Shown piece after piece: positions 20,316 through 30,747 of a stretch of DNA of 64,000 bases. The translations under genes and the position numbers were made by a program. The stretch spans positions 2,336,001 to 2,400,000 of the forward strand of contig OZ244621.1 of assembly GCA_965218425.1 (NCBI GenBank). The letters are read 5' to 3'. The notes beneath the pieces were generated by a model. That model had not been told where the DNA came from. It worked only from the letters and a program-made list of their open reading frames with translations, and did not search any database. How positions within the stretch are numbered: the first letter of the stretch is position 1; every line of letters starts with the position of its first letter. The DNA is from an uncultured Candidatus Binatia bacterium (GTDB lineage: Bacteria; Desulfobacterota; Binatia; UBA9968; CAXXLF01).

Positions 20316-22846
20316 ATGGAATCACGGCGAACTCGAGCGGGAACCTTAGGAACTTTTAGGGGGGGTTCACTCCCAGCATCCTGACGATCCTTGGCATCAT
20401 ACTTTTTTTGCGCCTTGGCTATGTGGTTGGGAGTGTCGGACTTCGCGATGCTTTGGCAATTATTGCCCTGGCCAACTTGATATCCCTGCTCACCACCTTC
20501 TCGGTTTCTGCCGTGGCCACAAATCTCCGGGTTAAGGCGGGCGGTGACTACTACGTGATTTCCCGGACCCTCGGTCTGGGATTCGGTGGAGCCATCGGAC
20601 TTGTGTTGTTCCTTGCCCAGTCTATCTCGGTGGGTTTTTATGCCCTGGGCTTCGCGGAGGCTACTGCGAGGCTGTTTCCACAAACGGACGGGTACATGAC
20701 ACAGGGGATAGCGGGGTTGGCGGTGGTCTTCTTGTTTGTGCACGCATGGCTGGGTGCCGATTGGGCCACACGGTTCCAGTACGTCGTTATGGCCCCGATG
20801 ATCGCTGCCCTTACCGCTTTTACCTTTGGAGGGCTGGAACAATGGGACGCGAGTCTTGTGGAAGGTAACTGGTCGCCTCCCGATCATGCCATTCCATTTT
20901 GGGTCGCCTTTGCCGTCTTTTTCCCGGCGGTGACGGGTTTCACCCAAGGTGTTAGCATGTCCGGCGATCTTGCATCCCCTGGCCGAAGCATCCCCCTCGG
21001 TACATTTACTGCAGTGGGTCTTTCTGTGCTTGTCTATTTCGGCGCCGCGTTCCTATTCGCCGCCACCTTACCCAACCAGGTGCTGGTCCGCGACTACGAG
21101 GCCATGAAGGTCGTCTCAAGCTACGCTCCCCTCATCGACGCCGGCGTCATCGCGGCCACGCTCTCCTCGGCGCTGGCGTCCTTGCTGGGGGCTCCGCGAA
21201 TACTGCAAGCCATGGCCGCCGACCGTATTTTCCCGGCCCTGGTTTCATTCGCCCAAGGTAGCGGACCTGTGCACAATCCTCGGCGCGCCGTTTTGCTGAC
21301 CGGCTGCGTTGCTTTGTTGGTCATTGCCATGGGGAACCTAAACCTTGTGGCCGCGGTTGTCTCCATGCTCTTCCTGGTTTCCTACGGTCTTCTCAATTAC
21401 GCCACCTACTACGAGGCGCGCGCCGCGAGTCCTTCCTTTCGGCCCAGTTTTCGGTTGTACCACCATAAGCTCAGCCTGGCTGGCGGGTTGGTCTGCCTTG
21501 TGGCTATGCTTGCTATAGATCTCACTGCGAGTGCCGTTGCCCTTGCCATCGTCTTTGCCATTTACCAGTACCTGAAATTTCGTGCGGCGCCCGCACGTTG
21601 GGCAGATAGCCGTCGGTCCTATCACCTGCAACAGGTTCGCGAGCACCTCCTCGCTGCCGCTGAGGAGCCCGAGCACCCGCGGGACTGGCGGCCCGAATTC
21701 CTGGTCTTCTCAGACGATGCTCGGCGACGCGACCTTCTGCGTTTCACCCAGTGGGTTGAGGGTGGGGCGGGACTGACCACAGTTGTGCAGATTATCGAAG
21801 AACGGGGAACCGGGGTGCGCGAGAAGCGACAGGAAACTCTGACGACGCTCACCAAAGATATCCGCAGCTATAATTCCATGGCATTTCCCCTGGTGGTGTC
21901 CGCAGCGGACATTGACGATGCCGTGGGGGCTGTGGTCCAGGCGGCAGGCTTGGGGCCGATTCGGATCAATACCGTAGTTTCCAACTGGATGGGTGGTTCT
22001 CTGGATTTTATGAGCCGGACAGGGGAGAGTAGCCTGGGCGAGAACCTGCGCACGGCCTTCCGGCTTGGTTGCAACCTCTTGGTTGTAGACGCCCACGAGG
22101 TGGAGTGGACCGCACTGCAAAAGGTGCCACCTGCCGAACGCCTCATTCATGTATGGTGGTCGGACAATCGGTCGTCGGAGCTCATTCTGGTCCTTGCCTA
22201 CCTCATGACTCGAAGCGAGGAATGGGGGGACGCGAAGATCCGTGTCCTCGCGGCACGCCGTGAGGGAGAGTCCGGCGATGCGCGTCTTGAGGAGGTCCGC
22301 CGCATGCTGGAAGAGGTACGCATCGAAGCTGAACCTGTCCTGGTGGGTGAGGCCAACAATGAAGTGCTCAAGGAGCAATCCCGCGATGCATCGGTGGTTT
22401 TTCTCCCTTTTCGGATCTATGGCGGGCGCTTTTATCACCCCTTTGGCGGTGAGGTTACCGGTGTCCTGCCGGATTTGCCCATTGTCGTGCTCTCACTAGC
22501 GGCACAGGATGTCGATCTGAGCGCCGGGCCGGAGGAAGGAGCCCAGGGAGAAGTCGCTTCTGCCCTCGACCGCGTTGAAGACGCGGAAAAGGAATTGGAA
22601 AAGCTCGAGGCCGAAGCCGCGAGCGCGGCAAAGGCGGCAGGGGATATAAATGCGGAACTCGCCACCCTATTGAGTAAAGGGGCCAAGGAAGATGCAATTT
22701 CCCAGAAACGTATCCAGGCGGAAAATGCTCGACAGGCTTCCCGAGACGCCATGCATCGAGTGGAACGTGCCGCTTCGGCCAAGGAAACGGCAGCTAAGGA
22801 AGCCGCAGAGAAGGGAACTGACGTTATGGCTGATGACAAAGACTAG
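20316..22846 (+). CDS. Amino acid permease/SLC12-like cation-chloride cotransporter, with a one-base frameshift near the 5' end
   Basis: From ATG 20316 ..LGTF, then a shift at the G7 run to FTPSILTILGIILFLRLG; GGDYYVISRTLG, FFPAVTG, APRILQA, SPSFRP, DWRP; main ORF 20408-22846. Confidence 0.85.
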
Positions 22847-22879
22847 GGACAAGAGAATGACAAAGATCCTCTCCGCTGC

Positions 22880-23701
22880 TCATACCCCGTCACCGAGGTG
22901 TTCATCGCTTACGACCAAGTCAGCCTCCACCTTCGTGACACCGGGGACTCCTTTGACGAGATCGATGATTGCTTCCTCAGAGGTCCATTTAAACAGGACA
23001 CCTGATAGCTTGACTTCGCCCTTATTTGCACGCACCTCGATTCCCAGGTTGCGAAAATCCGGTGTCATGACAATGGTGCCTTGTACCCTGGCGGCGAGAG
23101 TTAAATCCTGAAAATCCTGTTCAGAGCTCTCTGTGGACTGAAACTCCTCGAGTTGGGCAACCTCAACGATTATGTTTTTTGCCGCCTTCAAACTAATCCG
23201 CTCCAGATTAAGAATGAGGTCGTATCGACTGGAATCGTGCAAGTCGGTGTCAAACAACGCCCTGATCCGCCGGCTTCGAGCCTGATCGACTTCTTCAATA
23301 TATTTCCGTGCGGCCACCTCGGTTAGTCCCTGACGCGACCGGATCTGTTCAATGCGGAATTCCATCGACGCTGTGAGCATTATCTTAAGTACATGGCGGA
23401 TTCCGGGCAGAAGTTCATGGCCCATGTGGCCATGGTAGACGATGTTTCCTCCTTGCGACATTTCGCACATGGCTGCTTGTAGGGCGATTCGATAGGGCTG
23501 GAGGTTCTCCAGCCACCGTTCCCACCAGTTGGGTTCGCGTTCGAGGATCTGATTTAGTTTCGCCTCGGGAATCGTAAAGCGCTGGCTCGCTTCCCTAAGC
23601 ACCTCTCGGCTGACACAGCGGTAGCGGAGGGTTTGCGCCACCTGTTGCGCCAATGCTTCACCACTGCCAGAGGCACCTTGGTAAATAGTAATGATAGGCA
23701 T
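22880..23701 (-). CDS. Cytidylate kinase-like family protein with C-terminal BON domain
   Basis: MPIITIYQGASGSG, NIVYHG, YDLILN; C-terminal IEVRANKGEVKLSG..VKGVPGVTKV. Confidence 0.8.
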   Translation of the reverse strand: MPIITIYQGASGSGEALAQQVAQTLRYRCVSREVLREASQRFTIPEAKLNQILEREPNWWERWLENLQPYRIALQAAMCEMSQGGNIVYHGHMGHELLPGIRHVLKIMLTASMEFRIEQIRSRQGLTEVAARKYIEEVDQARSRRIRALFDTDLHDSSRYDLILNLERISLKAAKNIIVEVAQLEEFQSTESSEQDFQDLTLAARVQGTIVMTPDFRNLGIEVRANKGEVKLSGVLFKWTSEEAIIDLVKGVPGVTKVEADLVVSDEHLGDGV

Positions 23702-24000
23702 TTGATTCTACCTCCTGCTTGTTTGAGGTCTAACTTCTGCATCACTTTTTACGAGCAATCATTGTGCAATAGAGTCGTAAGGGAGTCAGACCGCTTCCCA
23801 CGCGACACTATACCAAGTGTTGTTAATGTGCAAAACCCTGTTGCGCGGTTGCCTCGCCCCCCTCGCTCGCCTATCATTATAACAAAGACAATCGCATGAT
23901 GGCCTACTGTCAATTATGAAATAGCCCAATTTCCTAATCCTGGCCTCTTTTGCGTCTGGTCGATCCAATTTGAGTCTAATCCAAAAATAATGGAGATACT

Positions 24001-25416
24001 GTGCGCAGGACAAAAATTGTTTGTACCATAGGCCCCGCCACCGAAACCCCGGCAAAGCTTCGCGCCATCATCAAGGCAGGAGCGGATGTTCTGAGGCTCA
24101 ACTATTCTCATGAGACTCCAGAAGAACACAACACCAGGGCCGAGACGATTCGAGGTGTCGCAGCAGAGTTGGGAAAACCGGTGGCCATACTTCAGGACTT
24201 GCCCGGACCGAAAATCCGGCTGGGCAAATTTCGCGACGGGAGTATCGAACTCAGCAATGGAGATTTATTTACCCTGACCACTGAGCGGTTTGAGGGTGAC
24301 CAGGGACGGGCTTCGGTAAATTATTCCAAACTTGCAACCGAGGTGCGCGCAGGACAGACCGTCCTTCTCGCCGACGGCAATGTAGAACTGAAAATCGAAT
24401 CGGTCAGCAAATCAGAAATCCATTGCCGTGTCATTTCAGGCGGTGTCCTGTCAAACCATAAGGGTGTCAATGTCCCGCGGGGTGCCTTTAGCATCGGGGC
24501 GTTTACCCCGCAGGATCGAAAGTTGCTTTTGGCAGGTCTCGAAACCGGAGTGGATATGTCTGCCCTCTCTTTCGTGCGATCTTCGGCTGACATCGCGTCC
24601 GCCCGGCGATTTTTAAAGACCCATAAAGCAGATATTCCCCTCATGGCCAAAATCGAAAAGCCAGAGGCGGTGGATGCCATTGACGATGTCATAGAAGCCG
24701 TGGATGCAGCGATGGTTGCCCGCGGTGACCTGGGGGTTGAGATACCTGCGGCGGAAGTCCCTCTTGTCCAGAAAGACGTCATCGCCAAGTCTATCACCGC
24801 TGCAAAACCGGTGGTGACTGCGACTCAGATGCTTCGATCCATGGTGGAAAGCCCGCGGCCCACTCGCGCAGAGGCCGCCGATGTGGCCAATGCGGTACTC
24901 GATGGCACCGACGCTGTGATGCTCTCTGAAGAAACAGCGGTGGGGTCGTACCCCGTTGAAGCGGTGAGGACAATTGCCCGAATTGCTGAGAAGGCTGAAA
25001 CCCGCTTGTTCGTTCAACCTCCGTTGACAACCCTACCCGAACCAGGTCCGGGCAACTATTCGGAGGCCATCGGCCATGCGGCCTGTTTGCTGGCGTACAG
25101 TGCCGGTGCACAGGCCATCATTTGCTGCACAAGAACGGGAAGGACCGCACAGTTGGTTGCGAAACACCGCTCCCGGACTCCGATCATCGCCGTGAGCCCT
25201 AGGCGGGAAACCGTTCGTCGTCTGATGTTGACCTGGGGAGTGTTTCCTCTTCTTTCGGACGACTTTCAATCCACAAACGGTATGGTTTCCATGTCGCTGA
25301 ATTTGGCACGTGAATCGGGCATGGCCTCCAAGGGTAACAGGGTGGTTGTTGTGGGAGGTGCCGTTTCGACTCAGCCCGGACAAACGGACTTTCTACGCGT
25401 TTCGGTGGTGCCGTGA
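24001..25416 (+). CDS. pyk: Pyruvate kinase
   Basis: RRTKIVCTIGPA, DLPGPKIR, MAKIEK, MVARGDLGVE, TATQML, DAVMLSEETA. Confidence 0.97.
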   Translation: MRRTKIVCTIGPATETPAKLRAIIKAGADVLRLNYSHETPEEHNTRAETIRGVAAELGKPVAILQDLPGPKIRLGKFRDGSIELSNGDLFTLTTERFEGDQGRASVNYSKLATEVRAGQTVLLADGNVELKIESVSKSEIHCRVISGGVLSNHKGVNVPRGAFSIGAFTPQDRKLLLAGLETGVDMSALSFVRSSADIASARRFLKTHKADIPLMAKIEKPEAVDAIDDVIEAVDAAMVARGDLGVEIPAAEVPLVQKDVIAKSITAAKPVVTATQMLRSMVESPRPTRAEAADVANAVLDGTDAVMLSEETAVGSYPVEAVRTIARIAEKAETRLFVQPPLTTLPEPGPGNYSEAIGHAACLLAYSAGAQAIICCTRTGRTAQLVAKHRSRTPIIAVSPRRETVRRLMLTWGVFPLLSDDFQSTNGMVSMSLNLARESGMASKGNRVVVVGGAVSTQPGQTDFLRVSVVP

Positions 25417-25669
25417 ACCGAAGCAGAATTACTTACCGATCGTGACGGGTAGCCCAAATCCGCTGGCATCTGTGCCGATGGCTTGAACAAATGGGGCATT
25501 AACACCAAAGCTTGCGATCCCCATCCGTTATTGGGGCGGACAGTTCAGTCATTCAGACGGTTTCTGGGAATTCCTTTTTGTGCTTTTCATCAGGATTTCC
25601 CTGGCCGGCTCCCCGCAAGAACGAATACATAAGCCAACAGAGGGAGATGTCTAGAACACCTCGTAAGTA

Positions 25670-25870
25670 AAATTACAAACTCTAAATCCGAAACTCCAAA
25701 CCGTTTGTTGGAATCACTAACATGCAAAACAAAAGTATCAACAGGTTTGTCTTGGACGCTGGGAATTTCGTATTTGCAAGATATGCCTGAGCGTTTATTA
25801 AACGTGTTGATCATTAATAATTTGAGGTTTTGGAATTGTTTAGGATTTCGTGCTTCGGATTTTGGATTTT
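25670..25870. repeat. Inverted pair of heptamer-periodic repeats
   Basis: AAATTACAAACTCTAAATCCGAAACTCCAAAC faces GGATTTCGTGCTTCGGATTTTGGATTTT; the right arm is shared with 16258-16294. Confidence 0.55.
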
Positions 25871-26026
25871 AATTCGGAGCCACCTCAGCTTCACACTGAG
25901 CGAATAGGATAGGGATGCTGGTACAGGCAAGCGGGGTTATGAGCAAAAACCATCATTTCTTGTTAGAGTTGAAATCTACAGGAATCGCGTGACAGCGAAA
26001 ACGAATACTCAAGGAGAATAGAGACT

Positions 26027-26974
26027 ATGCCAAATATTTTGCTGGAAAAAGTTTTGAAATTATTTGCAGATGTAGGTCTGGATATTGCTGATTCGGCGCT
26101 GCGTATCATTCTGGTTATTGTTGCAGGTTACATCATCTCAAAGGTGGTAAGGGTGGCGGTTAGACGCCTGGAAGCCGTTTTGATTCGCTTGGGAGAGAGC
26201 AGCGACGATGTTCCGGGCGCTACCAGCAAGCGGGTCACCACTCTAATGAACGTCCTTCGGACTATTGCTGTGGTAATCATCTGGAGTGTAGTGGTGGTGC
26301 TTACTCTGGAACAGATTGGCTTTGCCGTGGGGCCCATCCTGGCCGCTGCTGGGGTGGTGGGCCTTGCTGTCGGCTTTGGTGCGCAGAATCTGGTTCGTGA
26401 CGTCATCAGTGGCTTCTTCATTATTCTTGAAAATCAGATTCGGGTCGGTGACGTGGCTATTATCAACGGCACGGGAGGGTTGGTTGAAGAGGTTACCTTT
26501 AGGACCGTTGTGCTGCGTGATCTATCGGCGGTTGTGCATGTGATTGAGAATGGGTCCATTAACGAGATTGCCAATCTAACAAAAGGATGGTCCGCCTACG
26601 TCATCGACGTCGGGGTGGCCTACAAGGAGGACACGGACAGGGTTACTGAAATGATGCGGCAGGTGGCCGATGAGATGAAGGCCGACCCTGACTATGGCCC
26701 ATCGATGCTCGACACAATCGAAATTTTTGGCGTGAACGAGTTTGCCGACTCGGCCGTGGTGATCAAAGCCAGGCTCAAGACGCAACCCATCAAACAGTGG
26801 GGAGTGGGACGCGAATATAGACGTAGACTCAAAAAGGCGTTTGATGCAAATGGCATTGAGATTCCTTTCCCTCACTTGTCCGTATACATGGGGGAGGCGA
26901 GTCGTCCGTTTGATGTTTTGATGAGGGAGGCGGCGGGTACGCCCAACGGATCGTCAACTGCGGCAGTTGTTTGA
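26027..26974 (+). CDS. MscS family mechanosensitive channel (YbiO-like)
   Basis: GLAVGFGAQNLVRDVISGFFIILENQIRVGD, VGVAYKED, GIEIPFP; AAGGAG RBS. Confidence 0.93.
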   Translation: MPNILLEKVLKLFADVGLDIADSALRIILVIVAGYIISKVVRVAVRRLEAVLIRLGESSDDVPGATSKRVTTLMNVLRTIAVVIIWSVVVVLTLEQIGFAVGPILAAAGVVGLAVGFGAQNLVRDVISGFFIILENQIRVGDVAIINGTGGLVEEVTFRTVVLRDLSAVVHVIENGSINEIANLTKGWSAYVIDVGVAYKEDTDRVTEMMRQVADEMKADPDYGPSMLDTIEIFGVNEFADSAVVIKARLKTQPIKQWGVGREYRRRLKKAFDANGIEIPFPHLSVYMGEASRPFDVLMREAAGTPNGSSTAAVV

Positions 26975-27048
26975 GATAAAAAATAAGCCGACGACGCAGA
27001 TGCTTCGGCAGTCGCTCAAAGGCCCCATCAGGCTGGTGCGACGCTTTT

Positions 27049-28160
27049 TTAGAAGACTGGGGCTATTGACGGCTTGAACTTACTTGTGGTTGGTCCGGGA
27101 CTTTTTGTCGAGGGGTAGACGTGAGAGGATCGTTTTGGCGGTACTGGCCTTGCTGCTTTCGACGGCCACCAGGGGTTGGAGCCGCGATCCATCCTTCCCG
27201 GGGGCTTGCAGGATATCCTGTACGATCTTGCAGGCCATCTCTTCTCGTTGTTTTCGCGGGGTTTTGACCCTGCCGCCGGCAATCATGCCATTGCGCCGGC
27301 CGACCCTTTTGGGAGCAATGAATCCAGGAGACGACCTGCCTATGCGTTGGTGTCCCTGGTGCGCATGGACACATAGATAAATTCCTCGTGGGGTGCAATG
27401 CAGATGGACCACACGGCACTTTCCAATCGCATGAGGTAATCGGCCATCTCAGCCACAGCATCGGGGCAGAGAACGGATTCCAGCACGGCAACGGTGGTGT
27501 CGCCGTAGAGCAAGGCACTGTTTAAGGCCAGAGCGATCTAATCGAAGTAGTTATTATGGCTGAGCTGCGGTGTCTGAATGTCCCCGGGGAGACGCTTGTT
27601 TGCGTAAGGGTATAGAAACCGGCTTGCAACAATATCAGGGGGCATGGTTTCTCAACACAAGTGCTGCGTTTCCGATGATATTCCGTAGAAAAGGAAGGTA
27701 TTCAGTGACGATGGTGGACGTGGCCCCATGGCTCTCCCGGACGTCAACATAGGTCACGTCTCCGTTCCTGCCCCAATCCGGGTGGTGATCAATGACAACG
27801 GTGGGAGTGATTTCAGCCGGGAGGGCATTGTTTCCCCGCTGGGGTTGAGTATCCATCAAAATAACTGATCCCTGGAATTTAGGGAGGAGCTCACTGATCG
27901 GTACCAGCGGGATTTCTAAGGCTGACACCAGGGAGCGGTTTTCAGATCGACCGATGATGCCGCTTAATCCGATTAGGGGTGTTTTTTTCGAGTTTCTGGT
28001 GAATGAGATGCCGAAGCGCCGCAGCGCAGGCAAGAGAATCGGGATCGGGGTTGTCGTGGGGGAGAATTAGGATACCAATGGCTGATAGAAACTCCGGCAC
28101 CCCCGTGCCGCATCTAGCGATGTTTGTCCCTTCTCCGTGAGCATCCTTAGTCCTGACCAA
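27049..28160 (-). pseudogene. DHH/DHHA1 family phosphoesterase with multiple frameshifts and stops
   Basis: ILILPHDNPDPDSLA, ILMDTQP, VVIDHHP, GATSTIVTEYL, LFYGISSET, AEMADYLMRLE, GMIAGGRV spread over several frames with internal stops. Confidence 0.85.
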
Positions 28161-28199
28161 AGTCCCAATCGTGTTCCCGCAAGCGTCGACGGCAAACCT

Positions 28200-28646
28200 T
28201 CACTGTAAAACCTGTCCTTTGATAATCTTGTCTGTGGTGTCTGAAAGCAAGGGCTTTTCCAGCCTTTCCGGTTGCCCGTGATTTTGTTTTCTCACCCGTC
28301 CAATGGCAGGGTCTGCCATAAACGCCCTGTAACCGGTTCGAGCCAAGGTCAACATGTCGCCTTCCGCTACCAGGAGGTCGATTTCCGTAAGTTTCTTTCT
28401 GAAAGTTGCCAGGATGACGCCTTCAGCTGTTTGCACGGTCAAAAGCAGCCTATCACCTTTTCGCTGTTTTGACGTCACTGCTCCCTCGATACCCTCCAAA
28501 TCACCCCGGATCGCCGCAGGGAGATAGGGTTCAAGGAGGCGCGGACCCAGGACCGTACCCGTGATGCCAACAACCAGGCCTAGAAGGAAGGTTATGGCGA
28601 ACCCTCCCACCCGTTGGTGTGTCCCCATAGCTGCATTTTTCATCAC
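28200..28646 (-). CDS. Hypothetical membrane-anchored protein
   Basis: N-terminal TM segment (FAITFLLGLVVGITGTVLG); overlaps the stop of the upstream ORF. Confidence 0.65.
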   Translation of the reverse strand: MMKNAAMGTHQRVGGFAITFLLGLVVGITGTVLGPRLLEPYLPAAIRGDLEGIEGAVTSKQRKGDRLLLTVQTAEGVILATFRKKLTEIDLLVAEGDMLTLARTGYRAFMADPAIGRVRKQNHGQPERLEKPLLSDTTDKIIKGQVLQ

Positions 28647-28903
28647 TCGGGCTTGGGGGAAGGATTGGTATCGGGCTCCTTGTCAGGCTCCGCACTCGAT
28701 GGTGGTGGGGCAGTTTTGTTTTTCCCCCTGACTGCTTGTCCGAACCGGTCGAGCATATCGGCGGTTCGATCCCTCAGGGGTTCGGACCTAGAATTGAGGG
28801 TTTCAACTTTCTGACGGAGTTCCCTTATGCCGCCGGTCCGTTGAAATGCAATCACGGCCATCACCAATGCGACCAGTGCTATTAGTAGCGTCAACGCCTC
28901 CAT
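28643..28903 (-). CDS. Hypothetical small membrane protein (TM, coiled coil, Pro-rich tail)
   Basis: GGAGG RBS; MEALTLLIALVALVMAVIAF..IRELRQKVETL. Confidence 0.7.
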   Translation of the reverse strand: MEALTLLIALVALVMAVIAFQRTGGIRELRQKVETLNSRSEPLRDRTADMLDRFGQAVRGKNKTAPPPSSAEPDKEPDTNPSPKPE

Positions 28904-29189
28904 TTTTTGCTGCCCTCCAAATTCTAGACCAGTCGTCCAGCGGGGTTCATTCAGATCAAAAGTTGATCGGGGTTTATGGTCCGTCTAACTTAAAAGATTA
29001 TCTGAAAATGAGTCGTCAAGTCAACCTAGATTGTGTATGGAAAATAATGAAGGAACGGGAAAATTGCTCCTATGACCAACCAAGGACTGTGGAGAACCCC
29101 CTCTATGTTGGCGTAAAACAAGACTGAGATGAGATTTTCATTGCTCGCGTTGTCTTTCCGATTCTGACCCGACGGAAAGTGACAGCTCG

Positions 29190-29744
29190 GTGCAATTTGA
29201 CCCATCTCGGCGCTTGGGTTGGGCGTCAAGCTGGCTAAGGGGGGCCCACCCTGCCTTTCCATGGAAGAAGTTTCTCACTCAGGATGCGAGAAAGGCTTCG
29301 GTCCAGTTTCCGCGCTCCAACTGGCTCGGGAAGACTGTCTCCATCACCCTCGCCATTGCCCTTTGGTGTGTCTTTATCCCTGGATCCAAGATTCTTGAGG
29401 TGACCTACCAGATCCCGGTTGAAGTGGAGCATCTGCCGGCGAACTTGAAATTGGAGTCGGTGAAGCCGCCGAACATCAGCGTTGCCTTTGGGGCACTGAA
29501 TCGGGCGTTTTGCCTTTTCGAGCCCAAGAAGCTGGAAGCTTCCATAGATGCATCCCTGGCTGCCCTCGGAAGGAGAACCTTGCGGGTCTCAGAAGAGAAC
29601 CTCGCCTATCCCAAGAACCTGACGGTCAAAGGATTGAGTCCCACGGAGATTAAGATTTCGGTGAAGAAAAGGGATTCAAAAGCAGTCACGAGGGGAACGG
29701 AGCAAGCAAACCCCAAAAGAAAACTAAGTAAGGAAGGGTCATAG
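29190..29744 (+). pseudogene. YbbR/CdaR-like domain fragment, probably the C-terminal part of a diadenylate cyclase fusion
   Basis: NWLGKTVSITLAIALWCVF, YQIPVEVEHLPANL, SIDAS..GRRTLRV, LSPTEIKISV; no credible start or RBS, and no DAC domain upstream. Confidence 0.6.
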
Positions 29745-30719
29745 ACGTAGTGCAAATTGAGCGGCACCAATGAGCGGTGCCTTGAGGTTCATGGCCACGT
29801 GGACCTCTGAGTTTCTCATCAGTTCAGAAAACCGGCCTTTATCAATAAATCCACTCACGAAACTGCCGTTCTGAAGGGTGGCAAGAATTTTCGGCGCGAT
29901 TCCTCCAGTAACAAAAGCACCTCCCACTGCAAGAAACTTTAGCACGAGATTTCCTGTCTCGGCCCCATAAATCGAGGAAAACAAATTGAGCGCCTCGGTG
30001 CACAAGGGAGCCTTACCGGCAAGCCCCACCTCTGAAATAACAGCCGGTGGGTCGTCGGATTCCTCTAATTGTTCGGCGAGCCATGGGGGTTCGATGCCCC
30101 GTCCACCATCCCGCAAGAACTGGTAGATGTTGTAAAGGCCATCACCCGAAAGCAATCTCTCATAACTCACATGACCTGCGAACTTTGGCAGGAGGCACCG
30201 GAGCAGATCCATCTCCTGGTCTGTACGCGGGGCAAAGTCTGCGTGCCCTCCCTCGGAGCCAATGGCATGGTGGGTTTTTCCGTCCCAGTAGAGGCAGGCC
30301 TCTCCTAGACCGGTGCCCGCGGCAATAACCGCGATATTGCCTTTTCTTTTGAGCCCCCTCTGTAGTACGGCAAGTTCCGTGGGAGGAAGGTGGCTCATGG
30401 CGTGAGCCGCCGCTTCTAGGTCGTTTATTAGCTTGACCCGAGGAACCTGCAGTTCGGCTGCGAGACTCGACTCGTCCAGTTCCCATGGAAGGTTAGTAGT
30501 CTTGGAGCGACCCTCCACAACGGGTCCGGCAACGCCAAAACAGGCACTGCGGAGCACCGGGCGGCTTTCTTTGCCAAAAAACCGTTGGAGGATCTCTTCG
30601 AGAGCACCGAACTCCTCGCTGGAGAAGGTCGCCTCACGGACTGAACGCAGGCGGCTTCCCTCTTGTTCGAACAAGCCAACGAGAGTTTTCGTCCCCCCTA
30701 CGTCACCCGCAAGAATCAT
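29739..30719 (-). CDS. glk: Glucokinase
   Basis: ILAGDVGGTKT, FGVAGPV, LINDLEA, GTGLGE, SEGGH, VSYERLLSG, GGIAPKI. Confidence 0.95.
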   Translation of the reverse strand: MILAGDVGGTKTLVGLFEQEGSRLRSVREATFSSEEFGALEEILQRFFGKESRPVLRSACFGVAGPVVEGRSKTTNLPWELDESSLAAELQVPRVKLINDLEAAAHAMSHLPPTELAVLQRGLKRKGNIAVIAAGTGLGEACLYWDGKTHHAIGSEGGHADFAPRTDQEMDLLRCLLPKFAGHVSYERLLSGDGLYNIYQFLRDGGRGIEPPWLAEQLEESDDPPAVISEVGLAGKAPLCTEALNLFSSIYGAETGNLVLKFLAVGGAFVTGGIAPKILATLQNGSFVSGFIDKGRFSELMRNSEVHVAMNLKAPLIGAAQFALRL

Positions 30720-30747
30720 TCTGCTCTCTTCCAGTGGACCCTTTGGT

